A stretch of DNA of 64,000 nucleotides from an uncultured Trueperaceae bacterium (GTDB lineage Bacteria; Deinococcota; Deinococci; Deinococcales; Trueperaceae): assembly GCA_963799485.1 (NCBI GenBank), contig CAWCXJ010000004.1, positions 160,001 through 224,000 of the forward strand. Reading direction: 5' to 3'. A program made the position numbers and the translations under genes. Within the stretch, counting starts at the first letter, position 1, and each line of letters opens with the position of its first letter. Below are positions 19,596-30,582 of this stretch, in pieces. The notes under the pieces were generated by a model. The model did no database searches. It saw nothing but the letters and a program-made list of their open reading frames with translations, and was not told the DNA's origin.

Positions 19596-20237
19596 ATGTC
19601 GTCCGTTCCGACCGCGACGGTCAGCCGCCTCGTCACCTATTTGCGGATTCTGGCGCGACTCGAGGCGCAGGGCATCAAAAAAACCTCGTCGGAACACCTC
19701 GCCGACGAAGCGCACGTTTCAGCCTTTCAGGTGCGTAAAGACCTGGCTTATTTCGGGCGTTTCGGCACGCGTGGGGCGGGCTACACCGTCCCGACTCTGC
19801 GCCGTGAACTCCGCCGGATTTTGGGTCTGACACGGCCCTGGAGCGCTGCTGTCGTCGGGGTCGGGCGGCTCGGTGAAGCGATTCTCAACTACCCCAACTT
19901 CGGGGATTACGACTTTTCGGTTAAAGGCGTGTTCGATATCGACCCGCATAAGGTCGGTCAGGAAATTGCCGGGCTCAAGGTTAGTCACCTCGACGACCTA
20001 CCCAAAGTCGTGCGTGAAAAAGGCGTCGATATTGGCCTCATCACCGTGCCGCAAACCGCCGCGCAAGACGCCGCCGACGCGCTTGTCCGGGCCGGAGTAC
20101 GCGGGATTTTGAACTTTGCCCCAACAATTTTAGAGGTTCCCAGAGAAGTTCACGTCGAGCCCGTCGATTTTATGGCAGGTCTAAAACGCCTATCGTTTTA
20201 TATTTTGAACCCGCAACTCCGCGAAGAACTGGCCTAA
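19596..20237 (+). CDS. rex: Redox-sensing transcriptional repressor Rex
   Basis: VPTATVSRLVTYLR, QVRKDLAYFG.FG.RG.GY, GVGRLG and GILNFAP motifs. Confidence 0.96.
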   Translation: MSSVPTATVSRLVTYLRILARLEAQGIKKTSSEHLADEAHVSAFQVRKDLAYFGRFGTRGAGYTVPTLRRELRRILGLTRPWSAAVVGVGRLGEAILNYPNFGDYDFSVKGVFDIDPHKVGQEIAGLKVSHLDDLPKVVREKGVDIGLITVPQTAAQDAADALVRAGVRGILNFAPTILEVPREVHVEPVDFMAGLKRLSFYILNPQLREELA

Positions 20238-20485
20238 AAACCGCCTGTATCCAGAATGTTATTTTTTTTACACTTTTCTTGAGAAGCAGAATAAAACCTC
20301 CGCCGCACTTACCGAAGAGGCGTAAAACATAAGCGCGGGACGCGTCACACACGCTAACTTCACATGCAGGCAGGTTTTCTGGATGCTGCTCCACCAAGCG
20401 TCTTGTAATTTGCAAACGGAAACTTCTAAAATGGCTGTGGTACTTTTACCTGCCGGTCGTGTCTGCCCAGCCTATCCTGAGCGCT

Positions 20486-21076
20486 ATGAAGAGTGTTCAG
20501 AAAAGATTTATATACGGGGCTCTATTTGCAGTTCTCGTCCTCTTGAGCGCGTGCAGCCGTGGCTTTAGTGCCAGCACCTACAGTTTTGATGTTGCTCTTG
20601 ACCCTAGCCCACTCGGTTGGAATGTTACTCCGGCGGGGATTGAATTTTTCTCTCAAATCCTTACCTTTAACAGCAGGGCCGGTGCCGTAGGTGCGACTAT
20701 CGAAGGCTACCACATTGAATACCTCGACTCGAGTGGCAACAACGCGTTTCCCGGTGACTCGGTACAGTTCTCTGAAGGCTCGCTTAACGTCCGCGTCCCT
20801 CCCGGCATCCGTTGCCCGGCTTTTGCCGAGGGTGAAGTCGATGAATGCACGGTTAATACACCCGGCGTCGTTTTTACGCGTGGCGAGCCTGTGTCCTCGG
20901 CTCCAACGACGATGTTGCCGCTAGATGTCATCTTACAGCTCGAAGACCTTATCGGAATTGGCGGTGCTGTTGGCGCTACGGCCAATGTGACTTTTTACGG
21001 TACCGATGACCTTCAGCGTCCATTCAAAAGTAAACCTTACCAATTCGCCATTACGCGCTCGCTAGTTGGTGGCTAA
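20486..21076 (+). CDS. Hypothetical lipoprotein
   Basis: Lipobox LLSAC after a hydrophobic stretch; beta-rich body. Confidence 0.75.
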   Translation: MKSVQKRFIYGALFAVLVLLSACSRGFSASTYSFDVALDPSPLGWNVTPAGIEFFSQILTFNSRAGAVGATIEGYHIEYLDSSGNNAFPGDSVQFSEGSLNVRVPPGIRCPAFAEGEVDECTVNTPGVVFTRGEPVSSAPTTMLPLDVILQLEDLIGIGGAVGATANVTFYGTDDLQRPFKSKPYQFAITRSLVGG

Positions 21077-23095
21077 ATGAAGCGTTCGCTTTTTTGCTCG
21101 GTGCTAGGACTGTTCTTACTAGCTTCTTGCAGCAAGACCTCAACGAACGCAGATACCGAACCCGACGTGGCCATTACCCGGATTTCCGGTCCGCTGCTCG
21201 TCTCTCAGCAAGCTCCCGAGTCAGGTGGTGCCGGTTCAGTAGGAACGCCCTATAATGCGCCTAACCTGCTTAATCCGAAAGCTGGGCCGGTTGTGGTCGC
21301 CGCCTCGAGCCTCTACGACCCGGTGACGGGGCAAACCGCCCAGAATCCGTTGTCGGTATACGTGGTGGCTTCCGACGAAACCAGTGTCGAGCAGGTAGCC
21401 TTGTTTCAAGACGACACCCTTGTCGGCACGAGGACGAAGGCCGAAGACAAGACTGCGTTCAAAAACCCTTTTGTCTTTCCCAAACCGGGGAGCGCGCAGT
21501 CTTCAGTCACAATTCAGGGAACTTCCAGCGGAATGCTCAGCACGCAGCTGCGCGCGGTCGCAACCGATTCATCGGGACAGGTCACCGAGTCTGCGCCGCT
21601 CGAGTTACAAGTTGACGGTAGCCGTCCCGACTTGAGCGCTTCGGTAAGCGGTAGTTCGCCCTACTCGAGCACAACCCCGGTGACGTTGACAGGCTCGGCT
21701 GCCGACCCGGAAACAGGCATCAGCAGCTTCGAGGTCACGCTTAACGGCGCGGCTATCCCGGTAGACGCGTCGAACAGCTTCAGCACGACCCAGATCTTGA
21801 GCGCCGGGACGCAGACGTTGATACTGACAGCCATCAACGGGGTTTTTGTACCCAATCAGCGAACCTATACCTTTCAGGTCGAAGAGGCTACCGACGGGGG
21901 TGGCGGCGGCGGCGCGAGCAATCAGGCTCCCACCGTCAGCCTTTTGGCGGCCCCACTTACCGGCGACGCACCCCTGACCGTCAGCTTTACGGCGAGTGCC
22001 AACGACCTAGACGGCGATGAAGTCACCTATTTGTACAGTTTTGGCGACGGTGAAACGATTGCCGGTGCGCCCGCTGCGAGCCACACCTATACCGAAGCCG
22101 GAACCTATACGGCGACGGTAACAGTAGACGACGGCAAAGGCGGAACAGCTTCGGATTCGGTGAACATCACCGTAGCAGGCGGTAGCGGTGGGGATAACGG
22201 CGGCAGCGACAACCAAGCGCCAAGTGTGTCACTCGCGGCGACGCCGACTTCGGGCAGTGCCCCCCTGACGGTCGAGCTAACGGCAGCGGCGACCGACCCG
22301 GATGACGACGCGCTCACCTATACCTGGAATTTCGGCAACGGCGACACGACGACCGGCAGCGGCACGCAGAGCCAGACTTACGATGAGGCCGGAAGTTACA
22401 CCGTAACCGTTACGGTAGGCGATGGTAACGGCGGAACCGACGCCGCCTCTACCAATATTTCGGTAACCTCCGAAGATGGCGGTGGAAGTGGCGGCAGTCA
22501 AGACCCGGCTGTATCGATTGATGGCGATGAAGCGCGCACGTTTACTGTAGGCCAAGCTCAGGACCTCGCCGCATCTGTCGCCAACTTGGGCGACGACGTA
22601 GTGTATCAGTGGAGTGTGACGGCTGGAACTGCTGAAAATGTCTCGTTCGCGGATGCGACCGCTGAGGATACAACTGTCACCTTCAGTGCTGCAGGCCCCT
22701 TTACGCTGACGCTGACTGCTGCTGACGGTACAAACACCGTCACCGATACCGTCACCTTTACAGCAGTTGCCGATAGTGGCGGCGACGACGGGGGTACGGA
22801 TGGGAATGATGACAACGGCGGTGTAAGCGCGGTAAACGACTCCGTTAAAACAGCCAGGGGAAAAACTGTCACCATCAAGGTGCTTGCCAACGACAAGCCG
22901 AGCGTTCAGGCCTTGACGATTGTCGCCGCGACGAGCCCGCAAAAGGGCGGTACGGTCGAAATCAGCCGCGACAGCAGAACGATTGTCTACACACCGCCGA
23001 GCGGCTTTACCGGCAGAGATACGTTTCGCTACACCGTAAAAGATTCAGACGGCAACAGTGCCGGGGCCCGGGTCTACGTACAGGTCGGCTCCTAG
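21077..23095 (+). CDS. Lipoprotein with Ig-like and two PKD domains plus a C-terminal cadherin-like/Big_9 domain
   Basis: Lipobox LLASC; YSFGDG..HTYTEAGTY and WNFGNG PKD motifs; VLAND..YTPPSGFTGRDTFRYTV. Confidence 0.88.
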   Translation: MKRSLFCSVLGLFLLASCSKTSTNADTEPDVAITRISGPLLVSQQAPESGGAGSVGTPYNAPNLLNPKAGPVVVAASSLYDPVTGQTAQNPLSVYVVASDETSVEQVALFQDDTLVGTRTKAEDKTAFKNPFVFPKPGSAQSSVTIQGTSSGMLSTQLRAVATDSSGQVTESAPLELQVDGSRPDLSASVSGSSPYSSTTPVTLTGSAADPETGISSFEVTLNGAAIPVDASNSFSTTQILSAGTQTLILTAINGVFVPNQRTYTFQVEEATDGGGGGGASNQAPTVSLLAAPLTGDAPLTVSFTASANDLDGDEVTYLYSFGDGETIAGAPAASHTYTEAGTYTATVTVDDGKGGTASDSVNITVAGGSGGDNGGSDNQAPSVSLAATPTSGSAPLTVELTAAATDPDDDALTYTWNFGNGDTTTGSGTQSQTYDEAGSYTVTVTVGDGNGGTDAASTNISVTSEDGGGSGGSQDPAVSIDGDEARTFTVGQAQDLAASVANLGDDVVYQWSVTAGTAENVSFADATAEDTTVTFSAAGPFTLTLTAADGTNTVTDTVTFTAVADSGGDDGGTDGNDDNGGVSAVNDSVKTARGKTVTIKVLANDKPSVQALTIVAATSPQKGGTVEISRDSRTIVYTPPSGFTGRDTFRYTVKDSDGNSAGARVYVQVGS

Positions 23096-23114
23096 AACAC
23101 TACGGTGTTACGCG

Positions 23115-23139
23115 AGAGACCCTTCGGGGTCTTTTTTTT
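23115..23139 (+). terminator. Rho-independent terminator
   Basis: agaccc-TTCG-gggtct followed by a T-run. Confidence 0.9.
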
Positions 23140-23196
23140 AGATGGCGGAGTTTAGGCTCGAGCAGCCCAAGGCCGTTTCACCCTCTATACTGAACT

Positions 23197-24165
23197 GTGT
23201 CTGAACCTGTATCCAGAGTATTTGAACTTCTAAAAACCGACCTCACCGATTTTGAAACGCGGCTCGCCGCCGAACTGCGCTCTTCGGTCGACTTTATCGA
23301 CGCGATCGGCGAAGACCTGGCGAGTGCGGGCGGCAAACGTTTACGCCCGAGTTTAGCGTTTTTAGCCGGGCGACTTCTGGGTGGGGACCGTGAACAGGCG
23401 CTGCAGGTCGCGCTCGCCGTCGAACTCTTGCATTCGGCGTCGCTCTTGCACGACGACCTCATTGACGACGCCGACACCCGGCGCGGCGTCGACGCTGCTT
23501 TTCGGCGTTACGGCAACGTCGTGAGCGTCATGTCGGGCGACTTTATGCTGGCGCGAGTGCTGGGCATCCTAGCCCGCTCCCGAAGCCCTGAATTTACCCA
23601 GCTGATGTCGGAAACGGCGGCGCGTATCTGCGAGGCAGAAGTGCTGCAGTTCGAGATGGCGACTTTAGAGACCTATTCGCTCGAGAACTATTTTACGATT
23701 ATCGACGGCAAAACGGCGGTGCTGTTTGCCGCAGCGCTCGTAGGGGTCGCGCTCTTGACGGGTGCGCCGGAGGCCGAGCGGCGGGCGCTCCAAACTTACG
23801 GGATGTACTACGGGCGGGCGTTTCAGCTGCAAGACGATTATCTAGACCTTTTAGGAGACGCAGAAATGCTCGGCAAACCCGTCGGCGGCGACCTGCGTGA
23901 GGGCAAGGCGACGTTTGCCGTGCTAGACCTGCTAAACGCCGGCGTTGCTGAAGCGCGTACAATTTTGCGCCGTCACGGGGCCGGAGCGGACGATACCGCG
24001 CGGATGATTGCGCTCGTGCGGGAACACGGGGCCGACCGGCGCGCCCAGGCTGAAATCGAACGCTCGGCACGTGCGGCGCTGGGTGCGCTCTCGGTTTTTG
24101 GCCCGTCGCCTGCTAGAGATATGCTTAGCAGCCTTGCCGAGCGGGAGCTGGTCCGGGTCGCCTAA
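23197..24165 (+). CDS. Polyprenyl diphosphate synthase
   Basis: GGKRLRP, HDDLIDD (FARM), GKTA and FQLQDDYLD (SARM) motifs. Confidence 0.95.
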   Translation: MSEPVSRVFELLKTDLTDFETRLAAELRSSVDFIDAIGEDLASAGGKRLRPSLAFLAGRLLGGDREQALQVALAVELLHSASLLHDDLIDDADTRRGVDAAFRRYGNVVSVMSGDFMLARVLGILARSRSPEFTQLMSETAARICEAEVLQFEMATLETYSLENYFTIIDGKTAVLFAAALVGVALLTGAPEAERRALQTYGMYYGRAFQLQDDYLDLLGDAEMLGKPVGGDLREGKATFAVLDLLNAGVAEARTILRRHGAGADDTARMIALVREHGADRRAQAEIERSARAALGALSVFGPSPARDMLSSLAERELVRVA

Positions 24166-24180
24166 AAGAAGACGAAAGGG

Positions 24181-25710
24181 TCACGAAGGGGTAGGCTGCC
24201 CCGACCGCGCAGGGCGGAGTCGAGCGCGCTCACGCTCCAAATCTTCGGCCTTCGCCCCGATAGCTGCGAGCATCGAAGGAAAGATAAAGAGGTGGAACGG
24301 ATACATCGTCCACCAGTAGAGAAACCCGAACAACCCTTTGGGTTCAAAAAATGCGGTTTGCTGCACTTCACTCTCGCCGTTCTCGGCTTCGCGCACGTCG
24401 AACCTGAGCCACGCCCGTCCCGGCACCTTCATCTCGGCGCGGAGCTGCAGATGGTCGCCCGCTTTGACACTTTCAACACGCCAGAAATCGATGGCGTCGC
24501 CTGCCTGGAGCGTGTTCGGGTCGCGTCGCCCCCGCCGCATCCCGACGCCGCCGACCAGACGGTCTAGCACACCGCGTAGCTGCCAGAGCCAGTCGAAGGT
24601 GTACCAACCCTCTTCGCCGCCAATTCTAACCACTGCCCGAAACGCGCTCTCCGGGCTTGCCTGAAAGTGCTTCACGCGTCGGTCGAAGAGCATCCCTTCG
24701 GTATCTTGGAGTTTGTCGGAAACGGGGGTACCACGCGGCACGGCGGCGAGCGCCCCGCTCCAGAGCGTTTCAATTGCCCCTTGGGTGGTGCGGTCGAGCG
24801 CAAGTTTGACAGCCGTTTCATACGAGATAGGCCGCACCTCGTACGCTTTAGCGGGTTCAGGGTCGTCGACGATGACCTCACTCGTCAGTCCTTCGACGAG
24901 CGGGCGCGCAATCGACGCCGGGATCGGGGTGATGAGGTTGACCCAGTACGACGATAAGCGGGGGCTCAATACCGGGGTGGAAAACATCCGGCGGTTGAGC
25001 CCCCTTATGCGGGCGTAGGTCAGCATCATGTTGCGGTAGGTCATCACGTCCGGACCGCCGATTTCGACGATGTAATGACCTGTGTGATGGTCTGTCGGCG
25101 GCTGCTCTAAAGCGTTTTGCAAGTAGGCGAGAACGTCGCGAATGGCGATAGGTTGCACCTTGGTCTCGACCCATTTGGGTGTAATCATCACGGGTAAGCG
25201 TTCGGCGAGGTAGCGCATCATCTCAAAAGAAATGCTCCCCGACCCGACAATGATGGCGGCGCGAAATTCGGTCACGGGGATTCCGGCAGCGGCGAGGGCT
25301 TCCCCTGTTTGTTGCCTCGAGGCTAAATGCTTCGACATCCCTTTGTGCCCGGCCCCTAGACCGCCCAGGTAGATAATATGTGAAGTTCCGGCGGCTTTGG
25401 CGGCCTCGGCAAAGTTGGTGGCGGCTTTTAAGTCGCGGTTTTCGAACCCTGCCTCGGCGGCCCCCATCGAGTGGATTAGATAGTAGGCGGTGCTTACGTC
25501 TGCCAGGGCAGCTTTTAGGGTTTCGGGCTCGAGTACGTCGGCCTCGACGACCTCGACGTCTTCAAACCAGCTTTTACCGCGCAGCCGCTCCCGGTCACGA
25601 ACCAGGCAGCGAACCCTCAGACCTGCTGCTAAAAGCCTTGGGATGAGCCGACCGCCGATATAACCGGTAGCCCCGGTCACGAGTACAGGTTCCAGTTCAA
25701 CTTGAGACAT
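24181..25710 (-). CDS. NAD(P)-binding SDR/epimerase with C-terminal DUF2867 (YbjT-like)
   Basis: GATGYIG, YYLIHSM, IGGEEGW, DFWRVE and AEMKVPG motifs. Confidence 0.9.
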   Translation of the reverse strand: MSQVELEPVLVTGATGYIGGRLIPRLLAAGLRVRCLVRDRERLRGKSWFEDVEVVEADVLEPETLKAALADVSTAYYLIHSMGAAEAGFENRDLKAATNFAEAAKAAGTSHIIYLGGLGAGHKGMSKHLASRQQTGEALAAAGIPVTEFRAAIIVGSGSISFEMMRYLAERLPVMITPKWVETKVQPIAIRDVLAYLQNALEQPPTDHHTGHYIVEIGGPDVMTYRNMMLTYARIRGLNRRMFSTPVLSPRLSSYWVNLITPIPASIARPLVEGLTSEVIVDDPEPAKAYEVRPISYETAVKLALDRTTQGAIETLWSGALAAVPRGTPVSDKLQDTEGMLFDRRVKHFQASPESAFRAVVRIGGEEGWYTFDWLWQLRGVLDRLVGGVGMRRGRRDPNTLQAGDAIDFWRVESVKAGDHLQLRAEMKVPGRAWLRFDVREAENGESEVQQTAFFEPKGLFGFLYWWTMYPFHLFIFPSMLAAIGAKAEDLERERARLRPARSGQPTPS

Positions 25711-25992
25711 GCTTTAGTGTGCGCGTTTTGAACCTGGAAAACAACGTTCCAGCGCGCGTTTTTCCGAGTGTTCCGGCTGTCTGAAATTGGTGCGGTTCCC
25801 TTCAAACCTGTGTTAAGAGAAGCCTTGCGAGGTAATTTTACGGCACTAAAAAAGCGTCGCCGAAAAGGTTTTCCGAAAAGTGTGCCAAAACGGGTGATTT
25901 TCGGTCTGCGCCAGAAGGCACGTTCTCACCTTTAACAAATGTGCCGGGTCTATACTAGGCGTCCAAAATCGTCTAAAGAGGAGGTGAGGCTT

Positions 25993-26178
25993 GTGAAGAC
26001 CTATGAGTTTAGGCTTGACGGGGACGAAACCGTTCTGGGTACCAAAACTCTGGACAGCGCACCATCAGTCGATGACGATGTAACGCTTGAAGGTAAAACG
26101 TACCGAGTCGATGCTGCACCCGAGGACACCGGAACAGAACCTGTCGTCGTCTATGTTCGCAAAACTACCGGCATCTAA
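25993..26178 (+). CDS. Small acidic hypothetical protein (61 aa)
   Basis: GAGGTGAGG RBS before GTG 25993; TATACT at 25951. Confidence 0.75.
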   Translation: MKTYEFRLDGDETVLGTKTLDSAPSVDDDVTLEGKTYRVDAAPEDTGTEPVVVYVRKTTGI

Positions 26179-26187
26179 CTAGGTACC

Positions 26188-26226
26188 CTGATTTCACGGT
26201 TTAGCGTGGCTAAACCGTGAAATCAG
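26188..26226. repeat. Perfect 18-bp inverted repeat (hairpin)
   Basis: ctgatttcacggtttagc-gtg-gctaaaccgtgaaatcag. Confidence 0.95.
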
Positions 26227-26244
26227 CCGGAGCCGGTCGAGGAG

Positions 26245-26442
26245 GTGGTCGCCACGCTACAAGCCGAAACCACTGCTGAAAGGCGAGTTTACAAGGACAG
26301 CGACCCGGAGCTGTACGAAGCAATCGAGGGCGTTATGTTCTCCGGGGGTACGGAAGTGCAGGTCGATGATCAGCGTTTTAATGTCGCTCGAGACCATGAC
26401 GAAGCAGACAACGCGTACTTTATCCTTACGCCTGTGGGGTAA
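26245..26442 (+). CDS. Small acidic hypothetical protein (65 aa)
   Basis: Plausible composition; GAGGAG adjacent to the start; exact start uncertain. Confidence 0.65.
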   Translation: MVATLQAETTAERRVYKDSDPELYEAIEGVMFSGGTEVQVDDQRFNVARDHDEADNAYFILTPVG

Positions 26443-26646
26443 AGACAAAGGCTGGTCGGCTGCTAAAAGCTAGCGCCCGAAGCGCTTGCACGGTGTTTTA
26501 CGGTGACGTGCCCGTGATAATGACAGCAAGGTGAAAGCCAACGCCCAGCTGACGATAAGGTTTAGCTGGGCGTGCCGGGTCGGATTTACGTTCGACAAGC
26601 GCAAAATGGCCTTTATCAACCTTTTGAAAAGGGCTGTGAGTTTCAT

Positions 26647-28332
26647 TTAGTCGGTGACGGCTCCTCTAGACGCGCTCGAGACCAGTTTCGCATACTTTGC
26701 CAGTACGCCCGTCTGATACTTGACGGGCGGAGCCTGCCACGCGGCGCGGCGCTTAGCGAGTTCGGCGTCGTCTACATTGAGTTGCAAAAGCTGTTTTTCG
26801 GCGTCGATGGTTACGCTGTCGCCCTCGTGGACGAGCGCAATCGCCCCGCCGACCTGCGCTTCGGGTGCCACATGCCCCACGACGAGCCCATAGGTGCCAC
26901 CCGAAAAACGTCCGTCGGTAATGAGCGCGACCGAATCGCCCAAGCCTTTGCCGATAATCGCCGCCGTAGGGGAGAGCATCTCGCGCATTCCCGGCCCACC
27001 ACGGGGCCCTTCATAACGAATCACCAGCACGTCGCCGGCGCGGATACGGTCGTTCATGATGGCGTCCATCGCCGCTTCTTCGGAATCGAACACGCGGGCT
27101 GAGCCGGTAATATTCGTGTGTTTGAGACCGCTGACCTTGGCGACCGAGCCCTCTGCTGCGAGGTTGCCCCTAAGAATGGCGAGGTGGCCTTGCGGGTACA
27201 TGGGTTTGTCGAAAGGCAGCACCACAGCTTGACCTTCGGGCGGCGTCCCGGAAACGTGCTCGAGGTTTTCGGCAATAGTTTTTCCTGTGACCGTAAGGCA
27301 GTCGCCGTGTAACAGCCCGTGGTCTAAGAGCATCTTCATGATGAGCGGGACGCCGCCGACTGCGTGCAGGTCGGTCGCGACGTAGCGGCCCGAGGGTTTG
27401 AGGTCGACGAGGTGCGGGGTGCGTTCACGGATGCGCTCGAAGTCTTCAAGCGTCAATTCAATCTCTGCCGCGTGTGCAATCGCAAGCAGGTGCAACACCG
27501 CGTTGGTCGAACCGCCGATAGCCATCACCGTGGTAATCCCGTTTTCAAAGGCTTTTCTGGTCAGGATTTTACGGGGCGTGAGGTCCGCTTCAATCAACTT
27601 GAGGAGCGCCGCGCCACTCTCTGCTGCGCTGACGTGCTTCTCTTCATCTTCAGCTGCCATCGTAGAAGAATACGGCAGGCTCATCCCCATCGCTTCAAAC
27701 GCGGAGGACATGGTGTTGGCGGTGTACATGCCGCCGCACGAACCTTTACCGGGGCAGGCGCGGCGCTCGACCTGTTGGTAGGTCTCTAACGGAATCCGGC
27801 CCGCGTTGTACTCACCGACCGCCTCGAACATGCTGACAATCGTCAGGTCTTTGCCCTCAAAATGCCCCGGTTTGATGGTTCCGCCGTAAACGAACACTGC
27901 CGGAATATCAAGCCGCGCCATCGCAATCATCGCGCCCGGCATATTTTTGTCGCAACCACCGACCGCGAGCACGCCGTCCATACTCTGTCCCCGGCAGACG
28001 GTCTCAACCGAGTCGGCGATCACTTCACGGCTGACCAGGCTGCACTTCATCCCCTCGGTACCCATCGAAATGCCGTCAGATACGGTAATGGTGCCGAACG
28101 TTTGCGGCATTCCGCCTGCTTTACGAATCGCGTTTACAGCGGCTTCACTCAGCTCACCGAGGCCCGAATTGCACGGGGTGATAGTCGAGTGTCCATTGGC
28201 TACCGCGATGATTGGTTTGCCGAAATCCTCGTCGGTAAAGCCGACGGCGCGCATCATGGCGCGGTTGGGGCCGCGTTCGGTACCTTCGGTGATGATGCGG
28301 CTACGGCGGTTGAGTCTGGGCTTGGTCGTCAT
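26647..28332 (-). CDS. ilvD: Dihydroxy-acid dehydratase
   Basis: [31 protein letters not shown] and TDGRFSGG motifs. Confidence 0.98.
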   Translation of the reverse strand: MTTKPRLNRRSRIITEGTERGPNRAMMRAVGFTDEDFGKPIIAVANGHSTITPCNSGLGELSEAAVNAIRKAGGMPQTFGTITVSDGISMGTEGMKCSLVSREVIADSVETVCRGQSMDGVLAVGGCDKNMPGAMIAMARLDIPAVFVYGGTIKPGHFEGKDLTIVSMFEAVGEYNAGRIPLETYQQVERRACPGKGSCGGMYTANTMSSAFEAMGMSLPYSSTMAAEDEEKHVSAAESGAALLKLIEADLTPRKILTRKAFENGITTVMAIGGSTNAVLHLLAIAHAAEIELTLEDFERIRERTPHLVDLKPSGRYVATDLHAVGGVPLIMKMLLDHGLLHGDCLTVTGKTIAENLEHVSGTPPEGQAVVLPFDKPMYPQGHLAILRGNLAAEGSVAKVSGLKHTNITGSARVFDSEEAAMDAIMNDRIRAGDVLVIRYEGPRGGPGMREMLSPTAAIIGKGLGDSVALITDGRFSGGTYGLVVGHVAPEAQVGGAIALVHEGDSVTIDAEKQLLQLNVDDAELAKRRAAWQAPPVKYQTGVLAKYAKLVSSASRGAVTD

Positions 28333-28377
28333 GGTTCCTCCATGAGTAGCATTTTAGCTACCGTATGAACGCACTAT

Positions 28378-28409
28378 CTTACCGCAGCTTTTACTTACCG
28401 CAGCTTTTA
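28378..28409. repeat. 16-bp perfect tandem duplication in the ilvD/galT divergent intergenic region
   Basis: cttaccgcagctttta x2. Confidence 0.95.
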
Positions 28410-28454
28410 AGCGAGGCTCGAGGCGCACAGGTAGAGGCCGCGTTACGATACGTT

Positions 28455-29510
28455 ATGGATACAAACGGAGCTGCTGTTTTTTCACCCACCGGCCCCCACC
28501 GCCGCCTCAACCCGCTGACCGGCGAGTATGTGCTCGTTTCGCCGCAACGCACCCAGCGGCCCTGGCAGGGCAAGGTCGATACGCCGAGCCGGGATACGCG
28601 CCCCAAGTACGATCCGGCGTGTTACCTCTGCCCCGGTAATACGCGCGCCGGAGACGCCCTAAACCCCGACTATCAAGACACGTTTGTCTTTGCGAACGAC
28701 TTCGCTGCGCTTTTGCCGGATACCCCTGAAGCGCACAGCCTGGGCGACCCGCTTTTTCAGGGCGAGAGCGCCGGAGGGCTCTGCCGCGTCATCTGCTTTT
28801 CGCCGCGCCACGACCTGACGCTCGCCGAGATGGACGTGTCGGCGATTCGTAAAGTCGTCGATTTATGGAGCGCGCAGGTCACAGAACTCGGTGAACGCTA
28901 CCGCTGGGTGCAGATTTTTGAAAGTAAGGGGGCTATCGTCGGGGCGTCGAACCCGCACCCGCACGGGCAGATTTGGGCGAGCGACTTTTTGCCGAACGAG
29001 GCAGCTACCGAAGATGCACAGCAAAAACGTTACTTCGACCGGCACGGCAATCCGCTGCTCGTCGATTACGCAGACAGAGAGCGCAGTTTGGGCGAACGCC
29101 TTGTAGCTGAAAACGACCACTGGCTCGTGGTGGTGCCGTATTGGGCCTATTGGCCTTTTGAAACGCTCGTCTTGCCCAAACGTCACGTTTTACGGCTGCC
29201 CGAACTGTCGGACGCTGAGCGTGACGCGCTTGCCGACATCTTGAAAACGATGCTGGTGCGTTTCGACAACCTTTTTGAAACGTCGTTTCCCTACTGCTCG
29301 GGCTGGCACGGTGCGCCGACAGGCGGCGCGGATGACGTGCAGCACTGGCAGCTCCACGCACACTACTACCCGCCGCTCTTGCGTTCGGCGAGCGTGCAGA
29401 AGTTCGTCGCAAGTTACGAGTGGCTCGCCGAGGCGCAGCGCGACTTGACGGCGGAGGGTGCGGCGGCGCGCTTGCGAGAGCTTCCGGCACGCCACTACGC
29501 ACACCGTTAG
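28455..29510 (+). CDS. galT: Galactose-1-phosphate uridylyltransferase
   Basis: HRRLNPL, RPWQG, CYLCPGN, and catalytic HPHGQ; start ATG 28455 after GAGG. Confidence 0.96.
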   Translation: MDTNGAAVFSPTGPHRRLNPLTGEYVLVSPQRTQRPWQGKVDTPSRDTRPKYDPACYLCPGNTRAGDALNPDYQDTFVFANDFAALLPDTPEAHSLGDPLFQGESAGGLCRVICFSPRHDLTLAEMDVSAIRKVVDLWSAQVTELGERYRWVQIFESKGAIVGASNPHPHGQIWASDFLPNEAATEDAQQKRYFDRHGNPLLVDYADRERSLGERLVAENDHWLVVVPYWAYWPFETLVLPKRHVLRLPELSDAERDALADILKTMLVRFDNLFETSFPYCSGWHGAPTGGADDVQHWQLHAHYYPPLLRSASVQKFVASYEWLAEAQRDLTAEGAAARLRELPARHYAHR

Positions 29511-29663
29511 AGGTTGCGTTAGCAGCTGTGGTACTGGTCTGCGCGCACATTCGGGTAGGGCGTAGCAGACCCGAAAGGCCGCTGAGACGCATTATCTAAA
29601 TGCCGGGGGGCGTGGCGGCAGGGTACGGTATGCTGAGCTGGTCGGGGCTAGGTATTTTAGGGG

Positions 29664-30470
29664 GTGGCTATGCTCTCAGAAGAGAGGCGGCGATATCTAC
29701 TGGGGCTCCTCAACCAGCAAGAAGCCCTCGAGACGTCCCTCATCGCCGCGCAGCTCGGGGTTTCGGAGATGACCGTCCGCCGCGACCTGAGCGATCTCGA
29801 GCGGCGCGGCTTCGTGCGGCGCGTTCACGGCGGCGCGCAGCGCGTCCACGGGGCAAATTACGTGTCCGAAGCCAAACGCACCCCCGGCGTCACGCAGCAG
29901 ATCGGCGCGGTTGCAGCTTTGCAGGTAAGCTCACACGAAACGATCTATCTGGACGCCGGCACCGTGTGCCTCGAGCTGGCGCGGGCGCTTAAACGCCGCG
30001 ACCTCAAACTCAACATCTTAACGCACGCGGTCAATATCGCCGCCGAGCTGACCGGACATCCGGGGTTTACGGTAATTCAGGTCGGCGGCGAACTCTATCC
30101 GGAGACCTTTGCGGCAACCGGCCCGGCGGCGCTTGCGACCATCCACCAGTTTTCTTTCGACCGGTTGTTTCTTACGGCGCAGGGTCTGCACCCCAAAGCC
30201 GGGGTGACGCACGGCAACCTGCTTGAGGTCGCCGTCAAAACAGCGGCCCTGAGCCGCGCCGGCTGGACGGCGCTGCTGCTCGACTCGGGCCGCTGGAACC
30301 GTCAGGCGCTGACGCGCGTGACCGACCCCGGCAAGTTGGACCTGCTCGTCAGCGACGCGTCGCTTCCCGCTGAAGCGCGGCGCTTTTTACGGGGTGTCAA
30401 CGTCGCCGTACTCCCCGACGCCCCGCCAAAACCCGACCCGGCTGACGAAACGCTCGCCGAACAGGTATGA
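29664..30470 (+). CDS. DeoR/GlpR family transcriptional regulator
   Basis: VSEMTVRRDL..LE...RRVHGGA and IYLDAGT motifs. Confidence 0.93.
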   Translation: MAMLSEERRRYLLGLLNQQEALETSLIAAQLGVSEMTVRRDLSDLERRGFVRRVHGGAQRVHGANYVSEAKRTPGVTQQIGAVAALQVSSHETIYLDAGTVCLELARALKRRDLKLNILTHAVNIAAELTGHPGFTVIQVGGELYPETFAATGPAALATIHQFSFDRLFLTAQGLHPKAGVTHGNLLEVAVKTAALSRAGWTALLLDSGRWNRQALTRVTDPGKLDLLVSDASLPAEARRFLRGVNVAVLPDAPPKPDPADETLAEQV

Positions 30471-30582
30471 TCGGCGCAACTGTGAAGGGTGGGATTATGA
30501 ACTGCAGACTGACGTGCGCGTGGGGCGCTGAGGGCTTGGTACCCGCCGGGGGTGTTGGACAGACGTTTTCAACTCGAGCCAA

